A stretch of DNA of 64,000 nucleotides, from the IMG/VR virus record IMGVR_UViG_3300025707_000004. One strand, written 5' to 3'. Numbering within the stretch: position 1 is the stretch's first letter; every line of letters starts with the position of its first letter. Positions 1 to 10,500 of this stretch are shown here, in pieces. The translations under genes and the position numbers were made by a program. The notes under the pieces are model-generated. The model saw nothing but the letters and a program-made list of their open reading frames with translations. It was not told the origin of the DNA and searched no databases. This DNA comes from a virus.

Positions 1-369
1 AGTACGCTCTCGGTGTCCGTGGTCGAAGAACATTGTTACCAGGGCCTCGATACGGTGGGTTGGTAGGTCATCAGCGGGGTCAGCGGTCTTCAGCGCCGCG
101 GTGGCTTGAACTCCGTACTTTTGGTTTGCTCCGCTCTTCTTTTGGAGCCGGGCGGTAGCCAGAGCAAGCTCCAGCTGGGTGTAAGTTGGTGCCTCGCGGA
201 TACCGAGGACATCCCCCATCTGTTCTAGTTTGGCGTTACTCGGTATCCGGTCACCTGCGGTGTACGCACGTACGGACTCTCGGGCGATGCCTGCGTCTAT
301 TGAGAACGTCCTGAGGGAGGAGTACCCCGCGTCGGTTATCGCGGCTTTTAGCAGAGCATCGAAGGTCAC
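1..369 (-). CDS. XRE-family HTH DNA-binding protein (partial, runs off the window start)
   Basis: Not in the ORF track because it has no stop in the window. My translation from GTG 369 is MTFDALLKAAITDAGYSSLRTFSIDAGIARESVRAYTAGDRIPSNAKLEQMGDVLG..., a typical Cro/C1 HTH pattern. A GGTATAAG element lies 56 nt upstream. Confidence 0.65.
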   Translation of the reverse strand, partial: MTFDALLKAAITDAGYSSLRTFSIDAGIARESVRAYTAGDRIPSNAKLEQMGDVLGIREAPTYTQLELALATARLQKKSGANQKYGVQATAALKTADPADDLPTHRIEALVTMFFDHGHRERT

Positions 370-424
370 CTCTGCTTTTCTCCCATTCGCACGTCGTGTA
401 AGCTTCTCTTGTTGCTCTGAGCAG

Positions 425-432
425 CTTATACC
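425..432 (-). promoter_or_regulatory. GGTATAAG putative promoter -10 element
   Basis: The identical octamer precedes four non-structural transcription units (425-432 -, 4430-4437 -, 59881-59888 -, 60003-60010 +). Confidence 0.55.
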
Positions 433-462
433 GAAAAGCGGACGCCGCTTGTGAGGGTGCAC

Positions 463-1464
463 ATGGATACGCTCGACCTCCGGATTGTTGACCAGTACGA
501 CGACGGCGGACAGCTGCTTCGGGACCGGCTGGGGGGTAAAACCCCTGCCGTCTTCGAGACCGCTGTCAATCTGTCGGATGTGACTGTCAAGCATCCTAGC
601 GATTACGCTGTCTTCGTCAAGACCGCGTCTGGTTTGGCCGCCAAGTTCCCGCTGATGGACGCGGGGAATACTGCGGCTTCACTCCTCTACTTCGTGTCTT
701 GCGGGATGCATCTCCCGGAGGAGCTGCGGAAGGAAGCCTCGGCGAAGCTGGAGACTGCCCTCGATGCGTTCGGTCTTCCGGCGTACAACGAGATGGAGAA
801 GATCGCTTCGCCTATCGACATCCTCACCAGTGCCGCCGCGGACGACCACGCGCTGGCCGCGCTGTTCGAGCTGGAGACGGACCCGTCCATCGAGCACCTC
901 CGTGACGAGTTCGCTGGCTGCAGCCCCCGAGGCAAGCAGCGGCTGGCCTTCATGGTGAAGGAAGCCGGCGTCGACCTCGACACCGTTCCGGAGCTGAAGG
1001 ACTACGCTGGCACGGAGGTCGGCCAGAACCTCAGTATGGCTATCGACGCGCGCAAGCTCGCGACGGGTTGGTCCCCTGAGCCCTCGAAGGTGCTCGACAC
1101 GCTGAAGGAGAAGACGGCCTCGGGCGAGTTCACTGCTGAGGAGGCGGTCGCTTCCCTGGAGCTGTTCGATAGCACTCTCCAGCTCACGCAGTACTACGGC
1201 CGCAGCATCCCGGACCCGGTGTACTCCATCTACGGCGCCCCCTACGAGGGGCACACCAAGACCGCGTCGGTCAACGTGTCCATCGGTGGGCGGGACTACA
1301 GCGGCGACGACATCGTTTCTTTCGCACAGGGAGCGGGCTCTCGACTTGAGGGTGAGTTTGGTGCAGAGTTCGCCCAGCAGTTCGCAGCCGACCCTGTGAG
1401 TGTCCTGGGAAGCCTCCCGGACCCGCACAAGGCGGTGATTGCCGGGATGATGGATGCGCCCTGA
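463..1464 (+). CDS. putative head/internal virion protein with multiple K-x-A(S) motifs
   Basis: Long ORF with a GAGGG RBS before ATG 463. Acidic, with repeated VKTAS, KEASA, EKIAS, EKTAS and TKTAS motifs. Lies just upstream of the portal. Confidence 0.6.
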   Translation: MDTLDLRIVDQYDDGGQLLRDRLGGKTPAVFETAVNLSDVTVKHPSDYAVFVKTASGLAAKFPLMDAGNTAASLLYFVSCGMHLPEELRKEASAKLETALDAFGLPAYNEMEKIASPIDILTSAAADDHALAALFELETDPSIEHLRDEFAGCSPRGKQRLAFMVKEAGVDLDTVPELKDYAGTEVGQNLSMAIDARKLATGWSPEPSKVLDTLKEKTASGEFTAEEAVASLELFDSTLQLTQYYGRSIPDPVYSIYGAPYEGHTKTASVNVSIGGRDYSGDDIVSFAQGAGSRLEGEFGAEFAQQFAADPVSVLGSLPDPHKAVIAGMMDAP

Positions 1465-2128
1465 AGAAATCTCCGCTCTCGGGCCCACAGGACCGGAGGC
1501 GATACCGGAAGCGTTCACGAACAGCGAGACACATCCGCTCGTTCTTGGACTAATCCTCCTCAAGACCTTCAAGACGGAGTACCTCGGCTGGGAGCCTGAG
1601 ACCGTCTGGGCGGAGATTTACCTGTCCTTCGGGCGCACACCTTCTGCGGCTTCCCGCAACAAGATTCAGGCTATCCGGTCGAGCATGGTGGCTTCTGCGC
1701 CGTACGAGGCGTGGGACATCTTCGAGAATGTAGCCCTGGGTCTTCGCGGCCTACCCCCACGCTTTGACATGGTGCAGCAGGCCAACCCGCTGCAGTGTGC
1801 CTTCGCCCTCGACGTGCTCTCCTCGCTGCGCCAAGACGTCAAGGTGTCGAAAGAGGTCTACAAGTACGTCGCCGCCGGGATGTTCTCGGCGGGGTATGTC
1901 TACGGCCCCGGGCCGCTTGAGCCGTGTAACGACTACGTGCAGAAGCTGGGCGAGGGCAGTACCTCGTCCATGCAGGATGCGGTGCGGCTATTAGTCGCTA
2001 ATAACTCGCCGGGCGTAGACGCTCGCTCGGCCATCGGCCTGCAAGCCGCTAAGTCCCAGGCTATAGTAGCCTTTGTGCGGAAGCAGAATGCCCTGTTCAT
2101 CGAGCAGTCCAGCAGGTTGTTGAGTTAA
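1454..2128 (+). CDS. hypothetical phage protein (portal-adjacent)
   Basis: 224 aa ORF tightly coupled to both neighbours, with globular composition. Confidence 0.7.
   Translation: MRPEEISALGPTGPEAIPEAFTNSETHPLVLGLILLKTFKTEYLGWEPETVWAEIYLSFGRTPSAASRNKIQAIRSSMVASAPYEAWDIFENVALGLRGLPPRFDMVQQANPLQCAFALDVLSSLRQDVKVSKEVYKYVAAGMFSAGYVYGPGPLEPCNDYVQKLGEGSTSSMQDAVRLLVANNSPGVDARSAIGLQAAKSQAIVAFVRKQNALFIEQSSRLLS
1989..2003. repeat. TATTAG-TCG-CTAATA palindrome (dispersed motif, copy 1 of 14)
   Basis: Read directly. Lies inside a CDS and encodes LLVAN. Confidence 0.9.
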
Positions 2129-2130
2129 GC

Positions 2131-4026
2131 ATGTCCGTCATTACAGCCCCTTCGGCCGGTAGGCAGGCCCGCGCCTCGTCAGTGGGGCGGCCTGAGGCGT
2201 TCTACCCGTCACCGTTCTTCGACATCGCTGAGAACTACCTCCCGTCGACTATCCGGGAGACGTTCGAGTGGTGTGCCTACTACCAGCGTACCAACCCCAT
2301 CATCTCGACGGTGACGAGTCGCCTCGCGGCGTACCCCATCACGGACATCATGTTCGACGAGGGGAACGAGGGGCTGGTCGAAGAGTGGCGGGACCTGTTC
2401 GAGACCAAGCTGCGCATCCGCCAGTTCCTGGTCGAGCAGAACCTGGACAGGTACACGTTCGGCAACTCGTTCTGTACGGTCTCATTCCCGTTCGTGAAGA
2501 AGCTGACGTGTCGTCAGTGCCAGCACGCGGTCGAGGCGTCCAAAGCTAAGTACCAGTGGCGCGACACGAAGTTCATGCTGCACTGCCAGGAGTGCGATAC
2601 CCAGCACGAGGCGAAGGTACACGACGAGTACCAGAAGAACCTCGAAGCGGTGCGGCTGGTCCGGTGGAACCCGCGGGTAATCGAGATCGAGTACAACGAG
2701 ATAACTGGGCGTTCCCGGTACTTCTACCGGATGCCCCAGTATCTGCGGAACCAGATTACTCTTGGCATTCCTGACGTGGTGCAGAACGTCCCCCAGACGT
2801 TCATCGACGCGATACGTAAAAAGAAGGCCATCCTCATCGAGTCGGACAAAATCTTCCACTCGCGGAGGGCGTCCATCAGCACGAACCCGGGGGACCAGGG
2901 CTGGGGCGCCCCGCTTGTCCTGCCGGTCCTGAAGGACATCTTCTTCACGCAGGTCCTGCGGAAGAGCCAGGAAGCGGTGTGCATGGAGCACATCGTCCCC
3001 ATGCGTGTGCTCTACCCGCAGGTCACCGGAGACGGCAACAACTTCTACTCCCAGGTCAACCTGAAGAGCTGGCAGAAGGAGGTCGAGCTTCAGGTCACCA
3101 AGTGGCGCCAGGACCCCAACCACATCCCGGTCCTCGGGTTCCCGCTCGGCTACCAGCTCATCGGTGGGCAGGGCCGGGCCATGCTGCTCCACCAGGAGCT
3201 GCGGGTCTACTTCGACCAAATCGTAGCGGGCATGGGTGTGCCCACCTCGTTCTTCTACGGGGAGGCCCAGTACAGCGGCGCGAGCGTGAACCTCAAGGCG
3301 CTTGAGAACGAGTTCCTTGGCAACCGTCAAGACATGCTGCGGTTGGTTCACTTCATCCGGGATGCCATTGCCGGTGGGTGTGACAAAACGCCTATTGGGA
3401 TGAGGTTCCGCCCGTTCAAGATGGCGGACGACATCCAGCGCGCGTCGTACGACCTGCAGCTGTCGCAGGGTGGGCTCATCTCGCAGCGGTCGTTGCTACA
3501 GTCTCGGGACTTCGACTACGACCGGGAGCAGACGCTGCTCAAGACCGAGCGGTCGGTCCAGGCGCGTGTATCGCGCCAGCAGATTGTCGACCAAGCGGCG
3601 GCGCAAGGCGAGGCGCAGATTATCCAGGCCAAGTACGGCGCACAGGCGCAGGTGCAGCAGCAGGAGATTCTGAACCAGAACGGCATGGCGACGCCGGAGC
3701 AGCAACAGCAGCAAGGGCAGGAGCAGCAGGGTGCTGCGGGGCAGCAGGCTCAACAGGGCCAGCCGCAGCAGCCTGGGCAAGAGCAGCAGGCTCAGCCGGG
3801 GCAAGAGCAGCAGCCGGTGGAGAGCGCGGGAGGCCAGAACCTCGCCGTAGCGGCGCGGACCGTCGCCCAGCAGTTGAGCGCTATGTCAGAGGTCGACCAG
3901 TATCACCGGCTGGAGCAGCTGCGGGCCAACAACCCGAATCTGTACGAGCTGGTTTTCAGGGACCTAAAAAGTCAGGGCGTACGGCTACGCCCCAACCCTG
4001 AGCAGTTACCCTCGCGCGGACCCTAG
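2131..4026 (+). CDS. portal protein with Zn-ribbon insertion and Gln-rich C-terminal tail
   Basis: Portal-like segments YPSPFFD...YYQRTNPIISTVTSRLAAYP, LVRWNPRVIEIEYN and GWGAPLVLPVLKD. Insertion CRQC...CQEC. 631 aa, in the head-gene context. Confidence 0.75.
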   Translation: MSVITAPSAGRQARASSVGRPEAFYPSPFFDIAENYLPSTIRETFEWCAYYQRTNPIISTVTSRLAAYPITDIMFDEGNEGLVEEWRDLFETKLRIRQFLVEQNLDRYTFGNSFCTVSFPFVKKLTCRQCQHAVEASKAKYQWRDTKFMLHCQECDTQHEAKVHDEYQKNLEAVRLVRWNPRVIEIEYNEITGRSRYFYRMPQYLRNQITLGIPDVVQNVPQTFIDAIRKKKAILIESDKIFHSRRASISTNPGDQGWGAPLVLPVLKDIFFTQVLRKSQEAVCMEHIVPMRVLYPQVTGDGNNFYSQVNLKSWQKEVELQVTKWRQDPNHIPVLGFPLGYQLIGGQGRAMLLHQELRVYFDQIVAGMGVPTSFFYGEAQYSGASVNLKALENEFLGNRQDMLRLVHFIRDAIAGGCDKTPIGMRFRPFKMADDIQRASYDLQLSQGGLISQRSLLQSRDFDYDREQTLLKTERSVQARVSRQQIVDQAAAQGEAQIIQAKYGAQAQVQQQEILNQNGMATPEQQQQQGQEQQGAAGQQAQQGQPQQPGQEQQAQPGQEQQPVESAGGQNLAVAARTVAQQLSAMSEVDQYHRLEQLRANNPNLYELVFRDLKSQGVRLRPNPEQLPSRGP

Positions 4027-4280
4027 TCACGCGCGGAGGCAAGCACCACTGCGCAGAGCACGGGGCTGAACCCCCCGCACTCCTCACAGTTCCCGCTTGA
4101 GAAGTACACCTCAGCGGTGTCCTCCTCGACGACCAGACACGTACCGCACAGCCACTCGGCCGTCCAGGCGCGTCGCTTCTCGAAGAAGCGGCAGTCAGCA
4201 CACTCCCGGGGGGTGTAGCAAGGCATCGGGGCAAGCGGACAGCTTACCCCCGGCCTCAGCGGGATGAATTTTGGGTTCAC
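4023..4280 (-). CDS. small Cys-rich (Zn-finger) protein
   Basis: CADC, CGTC and CEEC motifs. Lies downstream of a GGTATAAG element and a 26-codon ORF (4362-4282). Confidence 0.55.
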   Translation of the reverse strand: MNPKFIPLRPGVSCPLAPMPCYTPRECADCRFFEKRRAWTAEWLCGTCLVVEEDTAEVYFSSGNCEECGGFSPVLCAVVLASARD

Positions 4281-4429
4281 CCTACTTCTGAACGGGGGTG
4301 AGCGCGTCTTCGGTCCCGCGTTCCAGGTCCTTCGTTGTGGACGTGTTTGTGATTGCTTTCATAAAAAACTGGGCTCCTCTCACACAGTGACTGCGAACGT
4401 CGGAAGAGTATTCTTCCTTGTTCGTAATT

Positions 4430-4437
4430 CTTATACC
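4430..4437 (-). promoter_or_regulatory. GGTATAAG putative promoter -10 element
   Basis: Recurrent octamer in the AT-rich intergenic gap, divergent from the RNAP gene. Confidence 0.5.
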
Positions 4438-4517
4438 AAGAAGGAGAACCTGTTTAGCGCAGGCCGTGCGCTGCTAGTATGGGCGAAGGTACGCCCCAAA
4501 ACAGAGGCTTTTCCCCG

Positions 4518-7500
4518 ATGGCGGATATCCATACCCTGGACCCAGAGAGGGCGATGCAAGCCCTCAAAGACGGCACAATCCAGGTTCTCAAAGACACCCT
4601 CCCGATTGAGGGGCGGACGCGCATCTTGCGCGCTACAAACGTCTATGCTGGGCCCAACGTCCACATCGACGACATACACGCTCAAAAGCGGGCCAGGGTC
4701 CGCAATCGGACATGGGCGGTCCCCATCCTCGCGGACATGGAGCTGGTGGACAAAGCCTCCGGCAAAGTGGTGTCGAAAACCAAGGGCGTGCGGCTGCTGA
4801 ATCTGCCGCACTACACCCGCCGGTACTCGTTCATCGTGGACGGGACGGAGTACCAAGCAGACAACCAGTGGCGCCTCAAGGCCGGCGCGTACACACGTAT
4901 GAAGGCTAACGGCGGACTGGAGACCCAGTTCAACCTGAGCAAGGGCCGCGGGTTCCGTGTGAGCTTCGACCCCAAGAAGCGCCAGTTCCTGGCCACCCAC
5001 GGGACGACCAACACGCCCCTCGTGCCCCTTCTTCAGACACTGGGTATCAGCGCCGAGGAGATGGAGACGGCCTGGGGGCCGGAGGTCTACCAGACCGCCG
5101 CACGCCTTCAGCGCAAAGGGCAGATGGCGAAGCTCGCCAAGACCCTGAACCCCCGGTCCGAAGCGACCACTCCCGAGGAGGTCGAGGATGTTGTACGTGA
5201 GTCGTTCGCGGCGACCGAGCTTCGCCCGGACACCACCAGCGTCACCTTGGGCAAGGGCTTCACGACCGTCACCGGCGAGGCGCTGCTATTAGCGGCTAAT
5301 AAGCTGCTCGGCGTTTCTCGTGGGACGGCCGAGGTGGACAACCGTGACTCCCTCCGGTTCAAGGAGCTGTGGACGGTGGCCGACCACCTCCCGGAGCGCA
5401 TCAAGAACTCGCGTCGTCGGGTGGAGCGGAAGATCCGCAACAACCTGGACCGCCGTGACGACATCCGCAAGATTGTGACCCCTGACGTTTTCAACGTCCC
5501 GGTCAAGTCGTTCTTCACCTCGACCTCCCTGTCTCAGCGCCCCTCACAGCTGAACCCGGTCGACATGATTGGCGGGCACCTCAAAGCCACCCTGATGGGC
5601 ACCGGCGGTATCAGCACGGAGAACGCGGTCAGTCATTCTGCCAAGATGCTGGACTCTAGCCAGATGGGCTTCACTGACCCGTTTCACAGCCCGGAGGGGA
5701 CCCGAAGTGGTATCACCACGCACCTGACGCTGGGTGTCTCCAAGCGAGGCAACGAGCCGGTCATCAAGGTGTGGGACGTGAAGAACAGCAAGTGGGCGGA
5801 TGTCTCCCCCACGGAGCTGCACGGGAAGACGCTGGCCTTTCCCGACCAGTACGACACGGGAGACGGAAAGACCTTCAAGCCTCGGAAAGACCTCATCACG
5901 GTCATCCGCGGGGGTGAGGGTGACCCCACCAATGTGAAAGCCAACGAGGTGGACTATGTTCTGCGATCTCCCAAGGCGATGTTCTCATTCACTGCGAACC
6001 TCATACCGTTCTTGCCCTCTGACCAAGCGAACCGTGCGGGAATGGCTGCGCGTCACATGGAGCAGACGGTTCCGCTGAAGAACCCCGAGGAGCCCCTTCT
6101 TCAGGTGGCTTCTGGCTCGGACCAGCCGGCATGGGACACCTGGGAGAAGATTCTCGGCCAAATGCAGTCACACGCCAGCCCGGTGTCCGGGACGGTGAAG
6201 TCGGTCGAAGCCGAGCGCATTGTGGTGGCAGGGGACGACGGCAAGAAGCACGTTGTCCAGCTCTACGATAACTACCCCCTCAACGACTCCAAGGCGTTCG
6301 TTACCAGCAAGCCCCTGGTGCAGAAGGGCGACGAGGTCAAGAAGGACGACGTCATCGCTGACACTAGCTTCACCAAGGGCGGCGTCCTCTCGATGGGCAC
6401 CAATCTGCGCGTGGGCTATCTGGCGTACAAGGGGCTCAACTACGAGGACGGCATCACCATTAGTGAGACGGCCGCCAAGAAGCTCACCAGTGAGCACCTG
6501 CACAAGCCGCGTGTGTACCTGGACACCGGGATGATGATGGGGCTGAAGAAGTTCCGTGCGAACTTCCCCGGGGTTGTCTCTGACGCGAACGCCGCCAAGC
6601 TCGACGAGGATGGGGTCATCAAGCGTGGCGAAATCGTCCGCCCTGGTGACGTGATTGCCACAGTGCTCAAGGAGGCGGACCCTTCGGCAGAGCAAATCAT
6701 GCTCAAGGGCATCCACAAGAGCTTGGCCAAGCCCTACAGGGACCGCTCGCTCACGTGGAACAAGCCGTACACGGGTGTGGTCACGGAGGTCGTGCGTAAC
6801 GGCAAAGAGGTCGTCGCTTACGTCAAGACGGCAGAAGAGGCCGACATCGGCGACAAGCTGACCTCACGCCATGGGAACAAAGGCGTCGTGGTTGCCATCC
6901 TCCCGGACGAGGAGATGCCCCGGGATGGCGATGGTGCCCCGCTGGAGATTGTGCTGAACCCCTCGGGTGTTCCTGGGCGCATCAATCCTGGGCAGGTCCT
7001 GGAGAACGCCATCACGCTCGCAGCGGTCGAGGACGGGAAGCCCTACGCGGTCTCGAACTTCGATGGCGACGAGGGGCACCGCATCAGCGTGGGCGACGTG
7101 TCCACCAAGATCGTCCAGGTCAAGGGGCACTACCGGACAATCAAGTCCGGGAAGGGCTCGAAGCGCATCTGGATTGAACCCTACGAGTACGAGACCGGTT
7201 ACAAGGGGCTCATTGACCAAATCCTGGAGAAGAAGGGCCTGTCGGAGACGACGGAGCTGTTCGACCCGGAGACGGGGAAGAGCCTGGGCCCAGTCATGAC
7301 GGGGCACCAGTACATCCTCAAGCAGGAACACCAAGTCGACAAGAAGCTGTCTGCCCGCGCGCACGGCTACGGGCATGCTTACAACGCCAACATGGTGCCG
7401 CGAGGTACCTACGGTGGTAACGACGGCGCTCAGCGGTACGGCGAGCTGGGCCTCTACGCGATGATTGCCCACGGCGCGGTCAACAACATCCGCGACGCTC

Positions 7501-10500
7501 TGTCGTGGAAGTGCTTCCCGTATCACGAGAAGGTGCTGACCGACCAAGGCGAAATCGAGATTGGAAAGATTGTCACCAATCGCCTCCCGGTCAAGGTGCT
7601 GACGTGGTCGGACGAAGAAGGGCTGTGCTACCGGCCCATCAAGAATTACTGGAGGCGTAACGGGGAGCAGGACCGGCTTGTGCGTGTTACGGCGCACCGC
7701 AGGCGGAGCGGCGAGTTTGCCTTCGTGAAAGGGACGGTTCTCTGTACCGAGGAGCACCAGTTCTACGTTCGGCGCGAGGGGCAGCTGGAGAAGGTGTGGG
7801 CGAAAGACCTCCGCCCTGGGGTGGATGCCATACTCACCTGGGGAAACGAGCTTTCGGAGGGCCAGCATGACCTTCTGCTGGGCTCACTCCTGGGGGATGG
7901 TTACATGGCGCAGAAGGAGACTTCGCGGTTTCCTTACTTCCAGGAACGCCATTCGGTGAAGCAGCGGGAGTATCTCCAGTTCAAGGCGGATGCACTGAGT
8001 TCGTTCACGCACCGAGAGCTGCGGGAATACACCGCGGGGTACCAAGGCTTCAGCTGTGGGCAGCAGATGGTGGAGTGGTCCAGCTTCGCTACGCCTGAGT
8101 TCCTGAAATTGCATCGTCAGTTTTATGCCTCTGGGGAGAGGCGCTTCCCACAGGAGGTGTGGGACCTGCTGACGTTGAGGTCATTGGCAATTTGGTTCCA
8201 GGACGATGGCTGTGGGTATCGTTCGCTGAGTAATGGCGGCGGTGTGCAGGCGGGTCTTGCGGTCTACTCGATGAACTCGGATGAGCGGAAGTCTGCCATC
8301 GCGGCTATCGAGCGGCTGACGGAGGTGCACTTCAACGACAACGTCGACCACCTCAAGAAGCACGGAGTGGCCGCAGAGCACTTCTTGAGCAAGCTGGGTC
8401 CGTACCTTCACCCTAGTTTGTCTTACAAGACCTGCGATGTGGTGGCCCCTATTGGGCAGAAGCTGGTTGAGTTTTCTGCTCCTGGTGCCCCGGGATTGGT
8501 GGAGACCCCGGTTGACGCAGTTGAGCCTGCTGGGTGCTTGGGAGACCTGCCGGAATGGCGGGGGAAGTACTTGTTCAATTTGGAGGTGGAGGATACGCAC
8601 AGGTACTTCGTTCGCGGCTTCCTGGTTGGGAACTCAGACCGGTCCCAGGACGAAATCTGGACGGCCATTCAGACAGGGCAGATGCTTCCCGCGCCCCGCC
8701 CGTCGTTTGCGTACGAGAAGTTTCTCGGGTACCTCAACGGGCTCGGAGTCAACGTCGAGAAGCACGGCAACGAGCTTGTCGTGCTCCCCATGACCGACAA
8801 GCAGATTACTGAGATGTCGTCCGGTGCGTTGGAGGACGGCGGCAAGGTGGTCCGTGGTAAGGACCTGCGCCCGGAGAAGGGCGGCCTCTTCGATGAGGAA
8901 ATCACAGGCGGCGTTGGCGGGAAGAACTGGAGCCACTTGGTCCTGGCTGAGTCCATGCCCAACCCCCTCTTTGAGAAGGGTATTCGGTCGCTGCTCGGGC
9001 TCACTGGTAAGCAGTACGACGGCATCCTCGCGGGGAAGGTCTCGCTGGACAAGGATGGCAAGGTCACAGAGGAGGGCGGGGCTACCGGGCCCGCTGCCCT
9101 TGCAGCGGCACTGTCCGGCATCGAAGTCGACAAGGAGCTGACCGCGGCCAAGGAAGAAATCAAGACCGCTCGCCGCAGCAGCCTCGACAAGGTCAACAAG
9201 AGAATCAAGTACCTCCTGATGCTCAACAAGACGGGGCTGTCAGCTAGAGAGGCGTACGTCCTGGAGAACCTTCCGGTCGTTCCGCCGCAGTTCCGCCCCA
9301 TTTCTGTGATGGAGGCGGGTGACCTCAACGTGGACGGACTCAACCTGCTCTACCGGGATGTCTCGTTGCTGAGTGACCAGCTGAAGGCAGCCAAAGGGGT
9401 TCTGCCGGACGCGGAGCTGTTCAAGCTCCGCACTGAACTGTACAGCGCCGTCGAAGCACTCATGGGTACCGCCACGGCCTCTGACCAGGGTTTGACGACT
9501 GATGGGCAGCCCAGGCCCCCTGGCATCCTCAACATCCTCTCAGGGCGCACCTCGCCCAAGGAGAGCTACTTCCACAAGGCCATCCTCGACCGCAAGCAGG
9601 ACCTGACCATGCGGTCGGTCATCGTCCCGGATATGAGCCTGCACCTGGACGAGATGGGCCTCCCGAAGAAGGGGGCGATGAAAATCTTCCGGCCCTTCGT
9701 CGTCAAGGAGATGGTGGCCATGGGCTACACACCTCTCCAGGCGCGGGAAGAAATCGAGAAGGACACGTCGCTGGCGAACAAGGCGCTCGCGGTCGTGGCC
9801 TCCAAGCGCCCGGTCCTCTTCAAGCGAGACCCGGTGCTGCACAAGTTCGGCATCATGGCGTTCAAGGCGCGCATCATCGACGACGAGAAGGCCATCCATA
9901 TCCACCCGTTGGTGGTGGGGGGCTTCAACGCTGACTTCGACGGGGACGCGATGGGGGTGTTCGTGCCTATCTCGCAGGGCGCGGTCGACGAGGCGTACAA
10001 GATGATGCCCAGCAAGAACCTCTTCAACCCCTCGACCGGGAAGGTCATGTACCAACCCTCGCTGGAGGGGCAGCTGGGGCTGTTCATGCTCACGCAGTTC
10101 GGGAAGCGCTCCCGGGAGAAGTTCGCGAGCAACAAGGACGCCATCGACGCGGCCAACAAGGGCGACATCGCCATGACCGATGTGGTCACAGTGGACGGGA
10201 AGAAGACCACCGCCGGGCGATTGAAGATTGCGGGTGCCCTTCCTGCGAGTCTGCGAACCGCGGAACTGCTGGAGGATGCGGACTTCACCCTGAATAATAA
10301 GAGCCTCCAAGGTGTGCTGCGGGACCTAGCCACCGACCATCCTGCGCAGTTCGCTAACTCTGTAGACAAGCTGAAGGACCTCGGCTTCGGGTTCGCCTAC
10401 AGCAGCGGGTTCAGTTTTGATTCTGACGACTTCAATACCCTGAGCACGATTCGGGATAAGCACCTGAAGGTCGCGCAGGCACGCGAGAAGGTGGTCCGCG

